A stretch of DNA of 64,000 bases from a bacterium (GTDB lineage: Bacteria; Zhuqueibacterota; Zhuqueibacteria; Residuimicrobiales; Krinioviventaceae). The notes under the pieces were generated by a model. That model had not been told where the DNA came from. It saw only the letters and a list, made by a program, of their open reading frames with translations, and made no database searches. This document shows, piece after piece, positions 61,349 to 64,000 of the stretch. The DNA is taken from positions 4,992,001 through 5,056,000 of the forward strand of contig OY843751.1 of the NCBI GenBank assembly GCA_963693055.1. The letters run 5' to 3'. Position 1 is the first letter of the stretch. Every line of letters starts with the position of its first letter. A program made the position numbers and the translations under genes.

Positions 61349-62689
61349 ATGTCTGAAAACAAAATATCCCGTAGAAGTATGTTGAAAACCACATCCGCCG
61401 CTGCATTGGCAACAAGCATTCCCACAATTATCCCTGCAACAGCATTGGGCAGCAACGGCAAAGCCCCGGCAAGTGATCGGGTAAATATTGGAATGATTGG
61501 ATGCGGTAACCGGTCAGGTGTTACAAAAGCATATCAGAATTATGAAAAATCACAGATCGTGGCGGTTTGTGATCCCATCAAAGAAAGGCGACTCGCCAGA
61601 AAAGAACAATATGGGAATTGTGCGGATTTTGTTGATTTTCGAGATCTGCTGGCCCAATCAGATATTGATGCGGTACATATTGCTACTCCGGACCATTGGC
61701 ATGTGCCTATCTCTCTGGCTGCCGCCCGCGCCGGAAAAGACATGTATACCGAAAAACCTTTGGGGATCAGTGTTGATCAGTGTGTTGCCGCACACGAGAT
61801 CATTGACAAACACAAACGTATTTTCCAATACGGCACGCAAAATCGATCTATGGCGCAGGTACGCATGGGAATTGAACTGGTTTTGAACGGCCACATTGGA
61901 GACGTTAAAAAAGTGCATGTATGGTGTCCGCAAAGCGAGTATGGCGGTTCTACCCAGACCATGCCCATTCCGGAAGGATTCGATTACGATATGTGGCTGG
62001 GGCCAGCACCGGAAGCGCCGTTTAGTCAGGACCGCTGCCTGAACCAGGGACAACGAAACGGGATTTTCCATATTTATGATTACGCTATTGGATTTATTGC
62101 AGGATGGGGCGCGCACCCCATGGACCAGTTGCAATGGTGGGCCGATCAAATGGGACTCGGAATTCCGGTTCACTATAAAGGCTGTGGAACCCTGCCGGCA
62201 AATGGATTGTTTGATACCATCACCCATTGGGATGTTACCGCCACCTATGCAAACGGATTGCAAATGCGATTCATGGATACCGCTACCGCACGCTTTAAAC
62301 AAAGTGATGATGTAATACCCTACATGAACGAAGCACCTTTTTCTCACGGTACCTTGTTTGAAGGAACAGATGGCTGGGTAGCCGTAACCCGAAGCGGTTG
62401 GAAAGTATTTCCCGAAACGCTGTACCAAAAAGCTAAAAATCCGGGCAAAATCCGACTCATTGAAAATTCACACCATCAAACCCATTTTGTGGATTGTGTA
62501 CTGGACCGCAAACAACCCATCAGCGATCTAAAATCGGCAATCAATTCAGACACCATTTGCCATCTCTCGGATATCTGCATCCGTACCGGACGAGAAGTGA
62601 CCTGGGACCCGCAGAACAATACCATTAAAGGCGACCGCGAGCTAAAAAAACGCATGCACCGCGACATGCGCGCACCGTGGACGTTGTAA
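61349..62689 (+). CDS. Gfo/Idh/MocA oxidoreductase, TAT-exported
   Basis: SRRSMLK; IGCGNR; ATPDHWH; GKDMYTEKP; WGAHPMD. Confidence 0.93.
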   Translation: MSENKISRRSMLKTTSAAALATSIPTIIPATALGSNGKAPASDRVNIGMIGCGNRSGVTKAYQNYEKSQIVAVCDPIKERRLARKEQYGNCADFVDFRDLLAQSDIDAVHIATPDHWHVPISLAAARAGKDMYTEKPLGISVDQCVAAHEIIDKHKRIFQYGTQNRSMAQVRMGIELVLNGHIGDVKKVHVWCPQSEYGGSTQTMPIPEGFDYDMWLGPAPEAPFSQDRCLNQGQRNGIFHIYDYAIGFIAGWGAHPMDQLQWWADQMGLGIPVHYKGCGTLPANGLFDTITHWDVTATYANGLQMRFMDTATARFKQSDDVIPYMNEAPFSHGTLFEGTDGWVAVTRSGWKVFPETLYQKAKNPGKIRLIENSHHQTHFVDCVLDRKQPISDLKSAINSDTICHLSDICIRTGREVTWDPQNNTIKGDRELKKRMHRDMRAPWTL

Positions 62690-62699
62690 ATAAAAACGT

Positions 62700-62884
62700 G
62701 ATTGCAATGCAGGGATCTGCATTACTGAGCATTTAGCATAGTTGCCCGCCACTTTGGACGTGTCGGGCAATTTTTATATTATTAAAAGATGAACGATGTA
62801 GAATGAAATTCATTTCGTTAGTCTGCTTGTTGTGCAGATTTCTTCTTAGAACTTGCCGTGACAGAGACAATCTCTGTCACGATC
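62700..62884. repeat. Mosaic of palindromes
   Basis: GATTGCAATGCAG..CTGCATTAC; TTGCCCG..CGGGCAA (terminator-like); GTAG-AATGAAAT..ATTTCGTT; CGTGACAGAGA-caa-TCTCTGTCACGATC. Confidence 0.75.
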
Positions 62885-62891
62885 GTTTTTT

Positions 62892-63764
62892 TTATTGCTT
62901 ATCTTTTTCTTTAAACAGCTCTCCCACACCGGCAATACTTCCCAAAATACCGCTGACTTCCATGGGCAAAAAGACCTTGGTTGCGTTGCCGTTAGCCACT
63001 TTTTCTAACGCTTCCAAATACTTGATGGCAATCAGATCATTCGTTGGGTTTCCGTCGTGGATCGCTTTATAAACAATAGAAATCGCTTCAGATTCACCAT
63101 TGGCAATAGCAATTTTTTCATACTTGTTTGCATCCGCAACCTGCCTGATTGCCTCAGCTTCACCTTCTGATTTCAATACTGCAGATTTTTTTGCCCCTTC
63201 CGCTTCAAGGATCATGGCGCGGCGTTCACGCTCAGCTTTCATCTGACGGTGCATGGCCTCGGTAACGTCTACAGGCGGTTCAATACGCTGCAGTTCCACG
63301 CGGGTCACTTTGACACCCCATTTATCTGTTGCGTCATCCAATATCTGACGCAATTGGGTATTAATGGCTTCACGGGATGTTAAAGATTCATCCAAAGCCA
63401 TATCACCCACCAGGTTTCTGAGGTTGGTTTGTGCCAGCTTGGTTACTGCCAGCCAGAAATTGGTAACGTTATAGGTCACCTTGACAGGATCGGTAACTTC
63501 GTAATACACAACCGCGTCAACTTCAACAACCACGTTATCTTTGGTAATTACACTTTGTGGAGGTATGTCAACAACATTTTCGCGCATATCTACTTTGGTC
63601 ATATTTTCCAGAAAGGGTAGTATAAAGGAAAGACCACTGTCTGCAATACGCTGGTAACGTCCCAATCTTTCAATCAATCCCTTTTGCCACGGACGAACAA
63701 TTTTCAATCCACTTGCGGCAATAATAAATACAACGATGGCAATAATAATTAACAGAATATCCAT
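62892..63764 (-). CDS. SPFH/band-7 (QmcA/paraslipin-like) protein
   Basis: ERLGRY; VITKDNV; TNLRNLVG; DDATDKWGVKV; QMKAERERRA.ILEAEG. Confidence 0.95.
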   Translation of the reverse strand: MDILLIIIAIVVFIIAASGLKIVRPWQKGLIERLGRYQRIADSGLSFILPFLENMTKVDMRENVVDIPPQSVITKDNVVVEVDAVVYYEVTDPVKVTYNVTNFWLAVTKLAQTNLRNLVGDMALDESLTSREAINTQLRQILDDATDKWGVKVTRVELQRIEPPVDVTEAMHRQMKAERERRAMILEAEGAKKSAVLKSEGEAEAIRQVADANKYEKIAIANGESEAISIVYKAIHDGNPTNDLIAIKYLEALEKVANGNATKVFLPMEVSGILGSIAGVGELFKEKDKQ

Positions 63765-63765
63765 G

Positions 63766-64000
63766 TTATTCTCCCTCTTCTACAGGTGATACAATTAAAT
63801 GGGTCCCCTCAACTTGGGTCACTTTGACCCTGGTACCCTGCGGAATTATAATACCTTGTTCGCTCGAGGCCCGCCATTCTTCGCGGTCCATTCTCACACT
63901 TCCGGTATTGGAAAAATTATCAATATCTTCTAAAACGATCGCTTCCTTGCCTACAAACCGGTCCGCACCAATGCCGGGAGGTTGCGGCTTTGTGACCTTG
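63766..64000 (-). CDS. NfeD-family protein, 5' partial
   Basis: Hand translation ...GIGADRFVGKEAIVLEDI...GSVRMDREEWRA...VKVTQVEGTHLIVSP; directly upstream of the SPFH gene. Confidence 0.85.
   Translation of the reverse strand, partial: KVTKPQPPGIGADRFVGKEAIVLEDIDNFSNTGSVRMDREEWRASSEQGIIIPQGTRVKVTQVEGTHLIVSPVEEGE

Overview
Bacterial chromosomal window. The secreted proteins ending in 'YPNPFNP' FlgD-Ig/T9SS-type tails, the many glycoside hydrolases and the TAT-exported Gfo/Idh/MocA enzymes suggest an FCB-group lineage such as KSB1 or Calditrichota; this is inference only. Housekeeping anchors are tmRNA (ssrA, tag ADNYDYALAA), typA, mscS, an SPFH/NfeD pair and LysR-YeiH. Between them lie carbohydrate-active enzymes (GH115-like, GH127, GH97, GH28, GH3, MGH1-like, BNR sialidase-like, CBM9-like), orphan lipoproteins and short AT-rich inserts. 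The best candidates for undescribed systems are (1) a TonB receptor - SAM methyltransferase - single-chain ECF-S/T-like + THEP1-type NTPase operon and (2) an AT-rich small protein - TIR - HEPN locus next to two antitoxins whose toxins appear lost. Also present: a Nudix-like gene split by an intact IS256 with an 8-bp TSD, a 297-bp MITE with a 4-bp TSD, a SeqA-like orphan, a dispersed strand-biased 35-bp AATC-periodic repeat linked to promoter-like sites, a duplicated promoter/5'UTR, and mosaics of REP-like palindromes including a GAT-footed family. All family assignments come from motif recognition by eye; no database search was run.
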